Shown here: piece after piece, positions 50,901-62,432 of the stretch
How positions within the stretch are numbered: position 1 is the first letter of the stretch
Layout: each line of letters begins with the position of its first letter
Source: Thalia democratica
Lineage: Eukaryota
Assembly (NCBI GenBank): GCA_965202585.1
Contig: OZ241829.1
Span: forward strand, 22,568,001-22,632,000
Reading direction: 5' to 3'
DNA length: 64,000 bases
Made by a program: the position numbers and the translations under genes
Notes under the pieces: generated by a model
Told to the model about the DNA's origin: nothing
Seen by the model: only the letters and a program-made list of their open reading frames with translations
Databases searched by the model: none

Positions 50901-53900
50901 AAATAAATATTGCATTGAAAATGTTACAATCTTATTTAATTAAAATATTCCGATAAAAGTTTATTTACTTATGAAACATTCTAATAAATAAGATTTAAAC
51001 GCCCATTTTTTGAGAAATGTTTTCGTACAAACTCACTTGGCAAACAATAAACTTCTCATAACTTCAAGTAAACTTTAAAAAGTTGCAATTAAACTTTAAC
51101 ACACTAATTAAACTTTTAAAAGTTATTCAAACAACTATTTATTACACATGACATAAATTCACGTTCGAACTAATTTCAATCACAAAATATTATTTATATA
51201 AGGCGAAATAACGCACATAAATCACGTACCATCTAAACAGTAGACTTGTTAAAAGGCGTCAGTATTTACAATGAACAAAAACCAATCATTCTTTATTCGC
51301 CTAGTAAACAAACATGAACATTTTTCACACATTTTTGCAAATAAATCAAAACCCCAGTTTACGTATACACTTACGTTTGCAAACTTTGTAGCTTTAATTT
51401 AAACTGATTTTTGAAAACTTAATTTACAGTTTATTATATCTGTAGCAAAAATCAAAATCAAATTTACTTTAAAATTACACATTGTATATGAACTTTTTGA
51501 TAAATTTTTGATAATAAATCAGATTTAGTGTAGAAAACAAAAGTCTTTGTTGTCAAATTGTAAACATTTTTCCATTTCTAGAAAAAAAAATTATAACCAT
51601 CTTTACAATGACACATTTATGTTATGGACTTAACTTTTATTATTTTTCACACTGATCATTGATATTTAAATAAAAAGTAAAACACAAAAATCTAAATTTA
51701 ATAATTTAACTAACGTCTTGATTGTCGGTGCAGTCAACAGCGCCCCTGGTGGATATTTTGATGCACCTTCCCAGCATCATGTCCGGGCTCAAGTGTTGGG
51801 ATTCCGCTTGTTCGCTGCACTGCTTCAAGTAAGGTTGGATGTCGATCAGGAGCAACCTCGATATCACTATGCCGTGCTTCAACTGCGAAAATAAAATAAC
51901 TTTAAAATGTTTTAACTGTTAAAATGTATAGTATGTGTGAATAGAGGTGCTTAAAATAAGAATATTTGTTTTTCGTTATAAGTTTTAAAGCTGCTTGATT
52001 TAGAAAACTTAGTTTTACTTAACTACAACAAATTGTGAAGAATAAATAACACTATTTAAGTTATGCGCTCAACTCATACTTCAACAACCAGTTTTCTGTG
52101 TTTTAACTGTGAAATGTATAGTGTCTAAACTATTTGCAAAACTAGTTCATGTTATACATGTCTATATATAAATATAACAGTGTGCTTAAAACATAGTTGT
52201 TAGCTAGTCAAGATATAAATTCGAGGTTAGATGTCTGTGAGCAGCAATCACTATACCATGCTTCAACTGTAAAATGTACAGTGTTTGAATTAACGTGCTG
52301 AAATTGTTACTAGGAATCATGTGACATTAACTAAGTATAATATGATATAAGTTTCAAAGTCGCTTGATTAAAAAGTTTAATTAGACTTTACTATAATAAA
52401 TTGTTATGTATAGTAATATGATAGAATGAGTTAGTGTATTTTCCAAAATGTAAGTAACTTTAAATCTATCTATTACAACCAGATCTTTATACTAGTAGTC
52501 TTGGTGAACTCAATGCAACAAAAAAAAGATTATACAACCGCAATATCACTATTCTGTGCTTCAACTACGGTAATAATATGTAGTATAATATTTGCAAAAT
52601 TAGTTTATATGTCCAAGTAAAATTTATTTTTTTAAGTTCTGAAGATACCTTATGACAATACATTCACTGGTTTTTTAGATTTAAAATTATTTGAAAACTA
52701 CTACTATATCAGTGTTGTTTTATTAAATATAATTTAAAAACCAAGTAACTTTTCATAAAGTTTTCATATATGCATACATACAAGTACGAAGCTTGAACGA
52801 TTTTACAGCGCTGCATACTTATACAAAACTATATTTAGCCAAAACTTTTAATTTAAAGGAGTTTTGCTCAAAATTTTTGTAAAATTTATTTAAACAACCA
52901 ACTAAGCAATACTGGTACTCGACATTATACACTTCTTAATTTTTAAATATTTTTTTTGTTAAGTATCAAACAAACAACCAACTGAACAGTACTGGTACTT
53001 TATTCCCCGGGCGTCGGTGTAAGTCTTGGGCCGTCCCATGAACATTCTCCTGTTTATGCTGACGTGGTTGACCAGTCCGTTCATCCGGTCCGCCTGGGAG
53101 TAGGAGGTGTCAACTGTCAGGTAGAACCAGTCATGCGTATCACTGTGGATTTTTTGTAATTTATCTTATTATACAGTTTTTTATATTTTGATTTTTTGGA
53201 GCCTGGGCCAATTGATGCATTTATTTCACTAGATATTTAAAATCTGGCAAAATCTGGCACAACCAGTACAATAAGCGCATCAATTGGCAGAAGGATTATT
53301 TAAAATGTATTTGTTCATATTTTTCTCAATTATTTTATGTGACATGATTCACAAATATTGTCCACTGTCAAGTAGAACCAGTCATGCGTATCACTGGAAT
53401 GTTTTATTTTTGTATAAATTTTTACTTGGAATCTATCTCACCAGATTTTTTTAAATCAGGCCAGATAAATGCACCAATTGATAAGAGACATCTTTGTTAA
53501 TATTTTGATAACATCGTTATGCTGCGTGGCTTTCATGTTAGTATGCTATAATGAACGTATAAATGTGTTATCTTCTGTTAGATTTTTAAAATTTAGCGAG
53601 ATAAGCTCATCAATTGGCAGAATGTTAATGATTTAAATGCGTCAAAATGATGATAGTTTTGATAACTAAACAGTAATACACTTTAAATGTATACCCTTTA
53701 TAGGTAATAACATACACAGTTCAAACAAACAAATATTATAAATGTATATACTTTATAAAAAGCAATAAAACAAAGTTCTAACAAACAAATATTTTGAATG
53801 TAAATAATTTGCAAGTGATAGCAATTTACAACCCAATCAAACATTTGTTTTTATTATTTAAGTTTTTTCGTTTTCAATCACATAATATATAAAAAACATA

Positions 53901-56900
53901 ACAAACACGTGTTCATGGCGAAGATTGTTCAGAAGCTCAAAAAAAAAAATTGGTCTTACTTACAATAACATACAATAAAATAAAACAAACATGTGTTCTT
54001 GGTGCAAGTTGTCCAGCAACTCAACAATGAACTTGTTCTTGCTTCCGGCCCTCAACGTTTTCACGTTCATGTTGCGCACCATTGTGTCGTCATAATTGTC
54101 GCCGCCGATGTTCGTGTCGATCCACGGTTGGTAGAAGGTGGGCTGCAACTGCATGTGGTGGGAGAATGTGCGGTTGAACGCTATTCCTGTGAAAAATGTG
54201 TGAAAATTCAATTATAAAACATTCATCTATCCAATGATTCAATCTAAAACTAAAATGTGAAATAAAAAAATAATGTTTTATATGCCCTGTGTCAGTTGGT
54301 GAACTTGTCTCAAAGTTTTTTTTTTTTTGAATTTTTATGACTAATGTACGGGTGGGCGTACAAAATCAGCATCAATAATATCTGTTCGAGAGTCATTTTG
54401 ACAGATTTTTTTCAAATATGACACACGTGGATCTATTGGCAGAAAAATTCCAATTTATGAATTATTTTCCATTAATACATAAAATTTTTTGTAAAATAAA
54501 CATTGTTAATTTCTATCTGATAGCCAATAAAATATTGTGACAGGTTTTTTAACATAAAAACATCTATTAACAGAAGATTCGATACTTTCAAAAACTATAT
54601 TAAAATATCTTGAGTAAAACCGTTTTTTTTTTTTTTTTTAATTAAATGATATGCTTGTAAGAGATTTTTTCGTACTTATGTAAACATATGTGTTAATGTA
54701 TAGACCCATTTTCTCTTGGTTTCTAAAACCTGGTAAACAAGTTCATGCTAAAAATTTTGATACTTATAAAATATCATATTAAACCTGGAATTGGTGTTTC
54801 AATTAATTAAACGTGTTTTTATTTAAGTAACATTAATTTGTCAACTTAAAAGAGTTTACAACAAAAACATATATAAAGTAATGTTTTTACAATATTTGTA
54901 TCTAGATAAAGTTATATTGAATCAACATACTCAACTATAAGTGTAATAAATTAGTTTTTTTTTTATAGACTGAGATTGAATCAAGTCATATATTCACATT
55001 TAAAATATTGGCTTTCGACGACAATCTTTTATTTTTCAGTTTTACTTATATAATTTTTTTTTGAAAAACATTAAACTTCAAATACAAGTTTTAAATCAAT
55101 GTTTCTCAACCAAATTACTACTATTTGAGTTAAAGCGTTGTATACTGGTTTATCGTAAATTAAAAAATTCAAACTGTTTGTTTTCAAATGACTACAATAT
55201 TTTCAAACTACTTATGGGAAAATAGTGAATTTACAATTGGTTATTCCTACTCGAACCAAGAAAATTATTTTATTATACAAATACCACATTAGTTGCGGTT
55301 TCAGAATTTAACTACTTTTGTTAAAAATGGATATATAATATTGCGTAATACGCAATACAATAAGTATTCGCTTGTAACAAAGTTGTTCGAATTTACGCCT
55401 TTGTTGCGTCACTGAGCGTCTTACAGCGCTTTGCATTGGCAAACAAAAAGCTTTTGCGTACAATCGAATATTATTTGGTAAACAGTATATACGTTTGAAA
55501 AAGCCATAATTGCGTTTATATGGAGGCAGTAAACAAATCTTTTAAAGCTTATTGTGTTATTATTTTTTTAGTTGAAATTATTATTAAGGTTGAAAAGCAT
55601 GGACTAATACTTAAGTTTAATTTAAAATCATTCGACAACTTTATGCGATATCAGTGGATAATCAAAAAACAAGTTAGTTTAAATGTGATTTCATTTGAGT
55701 TTTAATTAAAGTATATTTAATTATTAAAATAATCAGTGTTTTGATTTATTTTAACAAAAAAAAGTAATATATTATGAACAAATAAACAATTGAAATACTT
55801 AATGAATAAATTTATAAAAGAAAAACTTTATATTTTAATTACAGACTGACTTTTTTATCGTAATTTATCATATAAATAGTAGCAATTACGCAACTCACAA
55901 TTGCATTTTAAAGTGGATAGTTGTACAAAAGTAAATCTTTACAACTTAAACTATGACACAGCTTTGATACATTCTTCAACAGTATTAAAGGAAATATTCA
56001 GAAAAACTTAAAATAATAAGGGTAATATTCTTTGTAGATTGATACTAAACTTTTTGCAATAATTTATTTTTATTTTGTTGTAAATTTAAAATATATATAT
56101 ATATAATTTTAAAGTATATTTACTTTAAACTGTTATGAAAATACTAAAAAAAAACATCGCATTGTAAAGGTCTACAAAAAAGTTTAAAAAAAAGATGTTT
56201 TTAGTAAAACTGCATTAAAGCTATAAGTTACTTTTTTATTTTCTAAATATAAAGCCAAATAAATATTTTTGAAATAACTAGTGACCTATAAGTAATTAAT
56301 GAGCTTAAATGAGCCATAAAAACTATGCTATCATGTGTAAAAAATAACAGTAAAAACAGACTGATATTCAAAACTTTTACTTACATATAAGTATATTAAA
56401 AACAACAAAAAATTTATATACATTTTCCAACTTAAAAAAGCTTTTACAAATACTTCAAAACAAAAGTACTAACTTGTAAAAAAAATTGGAACTTGATAAA
56501 ATAAATTGTCTATAAAAAAATTTTTACATTTAAATTTTCATAAAAAAACTTAATAAACGTTTTTATTTGTGCTAAGAGTTGCAAAACATCTAATTTACAT
56601 ATAAAACATAAAAAAATAAAACATGACAACTATTATTCTTACATGTTATAAACTTCTATAAAAAGTCTTAAATGTTAAAGTTTGAAAATAATTCTGACTT
56701 GATTGTAAGCAAAAAAATGGTATTCAAACTTAAATCTAGGATAATGAAATATAAAATCTTATAAGAAGGTTTGTAAAAAATTGAAAATTATTTTAACTTA
56801 GAAAAAACTAAAACACTGCAATAGGTCAAGCCATACATAGTATATCACCATACAATATAATACATATATCAGTATATTTATAAAAATTTAGTTATTACAA

Positions 56901-59900
56901 ATTCACAATTATCTACACTTGGTCCTTCCCTTTAAAACTAATCTACAAATTTTTTGCTAGCAAGCACACACCGTGCCATAAATAAGTTGGGAAATACCTA
57001 AAAAACAACTATAAAAATAATCAGATTGATTTAAGCATGCTAGTTAGATTTAACCCTCATAGCTGCAGATTTAAAATTTATTTTATCCAGAAAAGTTTCT
57101 ATGAAAATAAATAATGGTAATATTTACGGAAATAGGTTATGAGAAATCAGGATTTTTATTGTGAAAACAAATTTAAACTAAGTTGTTAGAAGTTCTAGTT
57201 GTTTATAAAGTACATTGACTTTGTAAAAAAACTTAAGTAAGAACATTCAAAGTAAAAATTGTTTAATAACAAACCATGTAAAATTTTGTAAAGTTTGCAA
57301 GGAATGTATAATCACTAACAATCATTTAATTCAATAATCTAGTAAAAATATAATCAAACATTTAACTATATCTTAGTACAACTAAGTTTTAGAAGGCAGC
57401 ACTTGATAAATCATAAAAACTATAAGAAACTTCAGCTAAAAACAAAAAACAATTTACAAATATTCTTATATAGTATATATTAAACAGATAGTAACGAACC
57501 CATGGTCGGCAGGGTAGATTTAGACGTTACCACGGCAACTGCCAAGTTGTCCCTGATACCCAGTTCCTGTTTTAGGTATCTGAAAATAAATTTCATAGGT
57601 TTGAGTTTTACCCAGGTAAGCATCAATTATATAAGTAACATTTAAACTTATTTATTACAAACAATTTCTTAAAAGAAAATAATAAGTTTGACCTTTACCC
57701 TAGGAAACTTAATTGAATATAGATAAGTTCTAGTTAAAAGTTTTAGGTATCTAAATACAAAATAAATTCTAAATTAATTGAACTTTTTGCCTGCAAAACT
57801 CCAATCGGATAAATGACCTTTAAGATTAGTTATTACCAATGAGTACAAGAAAATATAAAGTGTGCGAGGCAATGGTGGTACAATTTTTAAATATACATTT
57901 TGAAGAAATTTTAAGCTGTGCCAATATTAAAGGCAATTAAATTATTCAAACTAAAAATCAAAGTTCAAGTATTATTTAAAAAGTGTTGATAAAATTTGCA
58001 CTTTGGGAATTAAATTTTGTTGTCCCATGATAGACAATATTTCAAAGTTAAATCAAATTTTATATTTATAAATTAAACAATTCTACCTGGGCCGGTGAAT
58101 CTTTTTATTCTTTTCGTAATTCTCAGCCACCTTGGGCTTCAGTTCGGGGTCCATTATTATTCGAGGTTCGAAATCTTCGATGTTGTCCTGAATTGGAGGG
58201 GCGTACACACGATCTTTTCTCTGATGTAAAACATATTAAATAAGTAAAAACGATATTTTCTATATATCAAAAAAAAACATAAAATATTTCTTATGTAAAA
58301 CTACATATGTGAACACATATGATCTTTTCTCTGATATAACATATAGAATAAGTAAAAACGGCATTTTATATATATTAAAATAAAAGAAAAAAATAAAAAC
58401 ACTTTTTATGTAAAACTAGATATATGAAAACATACAATACTTTCTCTAAAATAAAACAAATAAGTACGCACGATTTTTCTCTAAATATAAATAAAATAAA
58501 TGAATATAAGAAAGTATTTTATTTCAGTTTTATCAAGTATATCAGTACGCACATTCTTTTCACTAAATTAAAGTCCATACAAAGTTTTTTAATCTAAAAT
58601 TTCATTAAACTAAAAAATATGTAGACATAACCTTATTTATAAAATTGAAAATATCTAATAGGTACCTATAGTAGAATTACACTAACATTAAATACTTCAA
58701 GTAGGCGTCATATGTTTAGTAATAAAAAATCTGAGCTACTAGATAAACATATCTTCTTGAACTTAAAAATACCTCAGTATAAAAGTTTTTTTATGATTTT
58801 ACAGCTTTTTTAAAAAACTACTATGTGCATATCACACAATAGTCTCTACAATTTATTTTCTTTATAAAATTAGTGAACAACTATATTATTTATAAGATTA
58901 AAATGATAATTACTTAGTTTTAACTTATATTATTTTTATCTAAAGACAATATTAATTTAACCATGTATAGAACAATACAGTGTTTAATAAACATTATTAT
59001 TGGAAGCTGGAAAAATAGTAGCATAAAGAAAATAACTAGTCATTTCTACCTAGCTATTAATCAAAACAATTAAAGTTATGAATTTTATTTACTATTGTGC
59101 TACTTAAATTAAAATAATGGCTAAAAAATCAGCTTTACAAAAATATTTTTAAGCTCACTAGAGAGTGTAATTATGTGGAGATGAGCAAAGCCATCTACTT
59201 GAAATGCTAAAAAAATAAATTTAAATGGGAACCGCTCATTACCTACACGCGATCATTTCCCACCCGGTCAGATTCTAGAACTGCTTACAGACCAAGAGTA
59301 AGGGTTAGGGGTAATAGTGATAGTAAAAATAAACATGTAATAAGTATAAATAAAACAAAAATGTAAAAAAAATAAAGGAATAAATATAGAAAATAAAAAA
59401 GTTGTGGGTGGGAATTGTGCGCGGGTGGGATTCGATCGGGTGGGAAATGATCGCGGTTAGGAATTGTCAGTATACCAATTTAAATATATGGTAAAGATAT
59501 AACGAAATTTAATAGTTTCACAAAAACTTATCTGTTATCAAACTAACATAAAGTCAGTAAAAGAACTACAATAAAAAAAACTTTGTTTTTAAAGAGTCAT
59601 GGATTATGTAAAGTATTGTTATAAAGAATCACTTACTTATGAAATTGACTAAATTATTAAGTAAATACAACTTTGATTTTATCAAGGTTTTCAAACAACT
59701 TTCAATTACTAGTAAGCAAAATTTTACAAATCTATTACAACAAAACAAAAAAAAAATTTGAAATCACCAAATAAACTAACTAAAATAAACTATTTACATA
59801 AGTATCAAGCTAACATAGTTAAATAATTTGGTTCTTAGTGTTTAATACATATGTATAATGCATAAAATATTGTATTAAAGTTATATTCTGAAGCAGTCTA

Positions 59901-62432
59901 AGCTGAAAACCAGTAATAGCATAAATTTTAACAAACCAATAATCTAAATCGATAGTATATAAAATTTAAAATTAAGACATTTTTATTTGTTATAATTTTC
60001 ACAAATTTAATTATATTTTAAATAACATATGAAGCTATAAAAGACATAATTAAGTAGATATAAATATAGAGCAAAAGTATATTTTTAGAAGTATTATAAA
60101 ATCAAATCAATTCCAATAAACAATCTCCTATTTATTAAATGGGTATTTAAGCCTTATTAACCTTAAAAGGTCAATTTGTCAATGACTTGTTATATTATTT
60201 AAAAAAAAAATTTAATACAATGAAACATTTGAGAATACTAGAAAAATTAACTTCAATTAGCATTTTACTTTACTTTATTTAAATAAACAAGCATACATTT
60301 TAGTCATAAAAATAAACACTCATATGTATAATTAATATACAAGCTATAAATAGTGTTTTATTTTATTTTGTTCTGTTAAAAAACATACAATAAATTGAAC
60401 CTAAAATATAATAACATTTTAATTATCATCAAACTTATCAATTCAATCTTTAATTATCAACTAATCATCAAACTAACAAATTAATATTTAATGTTTTAAT
60501 CATCATTGAACTAACTTATCTACTTCATAAATAATTAATTACTTAAAATTAAAACATCTAGTCCTATCTAGTTACTTAATCACAATTAATAATTATCACA
60601 CTAACATATTCTTTAATCATTTTAAAGCTAAAATGTTTGTTCATCTGTTATTTAACTATCAAATTAAAATAATCATTTATATTTAAGTATACGTTAAGTA
60701 ACATTCTACTTAAAAACAATCAGACTACATATCTTTAAATTCTATATATATTTGAATATAACCAATTCGTTCTCAATTATCAACAAACTAAAGTTTCATA
60801 TTTAGCATAACAATATTCAAGAAACTAAAAATCTTTCTGCCTCGTCAGTTGACATTCACTATTTGCTAATCATCAAAACAACATTATAACTTACTATCTC
60901 AAATGACAAAACTAACAAGATTGTTTTATTCTCAATTCTTATCGAATTAACATGATTTATTTATCCCATTTAATTTATTATTTAACTTTATTCTAATTAA
61001 CATTTTATGATTTATTCAAAAATAATTAAACTGACATATCTTTCTGCTTCATCAGGCGACATTGGTTTGTAGCCCATCTTGTTTATTTGCTCTTGAGAGT
61101 ACTTTATTTCTTTCTGCTGACCCTGATTAAAATGTTTAAGATAAAATACATAATTTATAATGTTAATACTTTTAATTTTAAAACAACATTTTCAATACTT
61201 TGTATGCCCATTTACTTAAAACAGCAAATAAATAGTATTACTACTAACTACTTTAAGACATTAATGAATATCAGCAACCTGAATAGATCAGGGTTGGTAA
61301 AGGTTTTGGATTTTTTTTTAGGTTTTTAAAGAACAATATTTTGTTTATTTTAAGAATAAAAATAATTTAAATGTAAAAAACTGTTTTAAATAGTACAAAA
61401 TATTGAAAAGATATTGTAACGCTTTTTTATATGTGTTTTATAATACACAAAAATTTAAAAACTCAAAAAATTGCTTGTTCATGATAAATTTTCTAAACCT
61501 TAATCAAACTTTTGTCATTTTCAGGGTTGCTAATTTTTTTAATTTCTTCCAGGTTATTAAAAGTACAGGTTGTAAGGTTTATTTTTAGTTTAAAGCTAAG
61601 TTTAAGGTTAAAATTGTGTTAAGTAATTTAGTAACATTAAAAAGATACTGTAAAGCTACTTTAAATGTGTTTTTTGTAAATAAATAAATTTGATGATGAC
61701 GAAACTTTAACTATATATTAGATCTTTCTTTTCAAATCAAAATTTGAATGTAAAATTTTTTTTTCATTCCTTTTTTTTCAAAACTTCTCAAATTCCAGGT
61801 TTTTCAAGGTTTCCCTGAGTAACTCTACAATATACAGGTTCAAACCAACAGTGAAGACAACGTATATTTTTAAGTCATATGAAAATACTTACTTACAAAA
61901 TATTAAAAAACAATTTTAAACAGCAAGAGAAATGCAGTGACAATTACAATTAGTGACAATAGTAAAAATACAGCTGCAGAAATTTTTATCAAAAAGCTTT
62001 ACATAGGCAAATCCCTCAACATAATTGATTTTTTTTCATGCTATAAAACTTGTTATCAAAAACAAACTAACACAACAACAAAGTAACAGAGCAGCAGTTG
62101 CAGAAACTTTTACTAATAAAACTTTCAATAAAATGAAAACAAATGAAAAGTTTTAATGCTCTTAACTAATAATAAAAACAAACTAACGTAGTCAAACTAA
62201 TAGTAAAAACAAACTAACATAGTCAAACTAATAAAAATTTTTATGCTATGAAAAATTTTACAGAAAACAAACTAACATGATTAAAGCTGATCCCAATATC
62301 AAACTGGCTATTCAAATCGGCACAGTCCCTGTTGAGAAGGGGGCTCTGAAACACGCTGATGCTCACCCCGACAAACAACCCGACGAATATGGGGAAGAGG
62401 GGCCTTATCTTCTTCACCAGCCTTCCTCTCAT
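35824..62432 (-). CDS. CHPF: Chondroitin polymerizing factor (CHPF/CHPF2-like chondroitin synthase subunit), complete, 20 coding exons, 2454 nt, 817 aa
   Basis: N-terminal signal anchor (RPLFPIFVGLFVGVSIS). Family motifs: FEPRII, RYLKQELG, DWFYL, HVSIN, LGRC, MYHLHKRFS, SWPIG, WDYFTE, NGYRRFDPQRGMEY, PMPFVTE, LNRCRMN, GWQAFFP, LHVFRAVEP, YHRC..SN.EGL. All 19 junctions are frame-compatible. CHPF versus CHPF2 orthology cannot be resolved. Confidence 0.93.
36368..36477 (-). CDS. CHPF: CHPF exon 19
   Basis: ITEAQDKLNIYDLLVKYSQLHVFRAVEPQLVRRYYH; phases 0/2. Confidence 0.92.
36512..42720. repeat. 47-bp tandem satellite (about 125-130 units) filling CHPF intron 18
   Basis: Consensus AACAAACTTTCAACTGTGTGTCTTGTTATTACATTCTACTTATTTTT; homogeneous core, with diverged and longer (about 60-bp) units at both edges. 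Confidence 0.97.
42702..42854 (-). CDS. CHPF: CHPF exon 18
   Basis: GQPAPEKVSIKPKYGRFDIYSFDEVCIHNSDYVKAR...HDTQLK; donor AAA|GTTTGT. Confidence 0.92.
43281..43339 (-). CDS. CHPF: CHPF exon 17
   Basis: GWQAFFPIPFSRYSPEIVHK; phases 1/0. Confidence 0.92.
43517..43637 (-). CDS. CHPF: CHPF exon 16
   Basis: LKTMDIETKKF...DFLNRCRMNTLQ; phases 0/1. Confidence 0.92.
44033..44107 (-). CDS. CHPF: CHPF exon 15
   Basis: DKYKNENDPSKLIPWLSIKTEIPSQ. Confidence 0.9.
44458..44583 (-). CDS. CHPF: CHPF exon 14
   Basis: VVLQTKEKCSLTVVFIY...DIFLEQKKILDEFE. Confidence 0.88.
44979..45092 (-). CDS. CHPF: CHPF exon 13
   Basis: AEIVPMPFVTESASINIIL...FMNIYAS. Confidence 0.92.
46448..46868. mobile_element. Foldback MITE (Mutator-like), 191-bp near-perfect arms
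   Basis: Arms 46448-46638 and 46678-46868 with about 3 mismatches; 39-nt spacer; flanks ACATTAAA / AAATTAAA (7/8). Confidence 0.8.
47523..47681 (-). CDS. CHPF: CHPF exon 12
   Basis: GLQLSKKKLINGYRRFDPQRGMEYILDLLL...LLRPLTN. Confidence 0.95.
47962..48062 (-). CDS. CHPF: CHPF exon 11
   Basis: GEIPKCELNGID...LKRLNEKYNPQ; phases 1/0. Confidence 0.92.
48389..48475 (-). CDS. CHPF: CHPF exon 10
   Basis: GINPSYRPTNRWDIILWDYFTEDYTLTCP; phases 1/1. Confidence 0.92.
48791..48854 (-). CDS. CHPF: CHPF exon 9
   Basis: EEIKSLEGKLPPEAPALSWPI; phases 0/1. Confidence 0.9.
49486..49677 (-). CDS. CHPF: CHPF exon 8 (probable GC donor)
   Basis: GRTYYTF...MYHLHKRFSEIKADLAFQQISEIQ; donor CAG|GCTTGT, phase 0. 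Confidence 0.88.
50090..50518. mobile_element. MITE with CAGGGTTGCCACT TIR (P- or hAT-like)
   Basis: Perfect 13-bp TIR; 7-bp direct repeat TACATTA on both sides; internal TTCCAGGTTTT repeats. Confidence 0.8.
51715..51882 (-). CDS. CHPF: CHPF exon 7
   Basis: LKHGIVISRLLL...PDMMLGRCI...DCTDNQD; phases 0/0. Confidence 0.92.
52983..53142 (-). CDS. CHPF: CHPF exon 6
   Basis: DTHDWFYLTVDTSY...HVSINRRMFMGRP...YCS; phases 2/0. Confidence 0.92.
53991..54186 (-). CDS. CHPF: CHPF exon 5
   Basis: GIAFNRTFSHH...ELLDNLHQEH; phases 1/2. Confidence 0.9.
57500..57579 (-). CDS. CHPF: CHPF exon 4
   Basis: RYLKQELGIRDNLAVAVVTSKSTLPTM; phases 2/1. Confidence 0.9.
58087..58220 (-). CDS. CHPF: CHPF exon 3
   Basis: RKDRVYAPPIQDNIEDFEPRII...KIHRP; phases 0/2. 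Confidence 0.88.
59227..59476. mobile_element. MITE, same family as 5458-6110, exact 9-bp TSD
   Basis: AATTTAAAT flanks both ends; GGGAACCGCTCA...TGTCAGTATACC; perfect 19-bp subterminal inverted repeat CGCGATCATTTCCCACCCG; internal GGGTTAGGGGTAATAGTGATAGT. Confidence 0.75.
61036..61122 (-). CDS. CHPF: CHPF exon 2
   Basis: GQQKEIKYSQEQINKMGYKPMSPDEAERY; phases 0/0. Confidence 0.75.
61522..61827. mobile_element. Older degenerate copy of the 50090-50518 MITE
   Basis: CAGGGTTGCTAA start; shared tttgatgatgacgaaa and ttccaggtttt segments. Confidence 0.55.
62277..62432 (-). CDS. CHPF: CHPF exon 1
   Basis: MRGRLVKKIRPLFPIFVGLFVG...SFNH; donor CAT|GTTAGT. Confidence 0.88.

Noticed and set aside
35824-62432. 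Echoes as direct evidence of intron gain by AGGT tandem duplication
   Set aside because: That model predicts the downstream exon start at the intron 5' end. The observed copies are the upstream exon end plus an existing donor, so they post-date the introns
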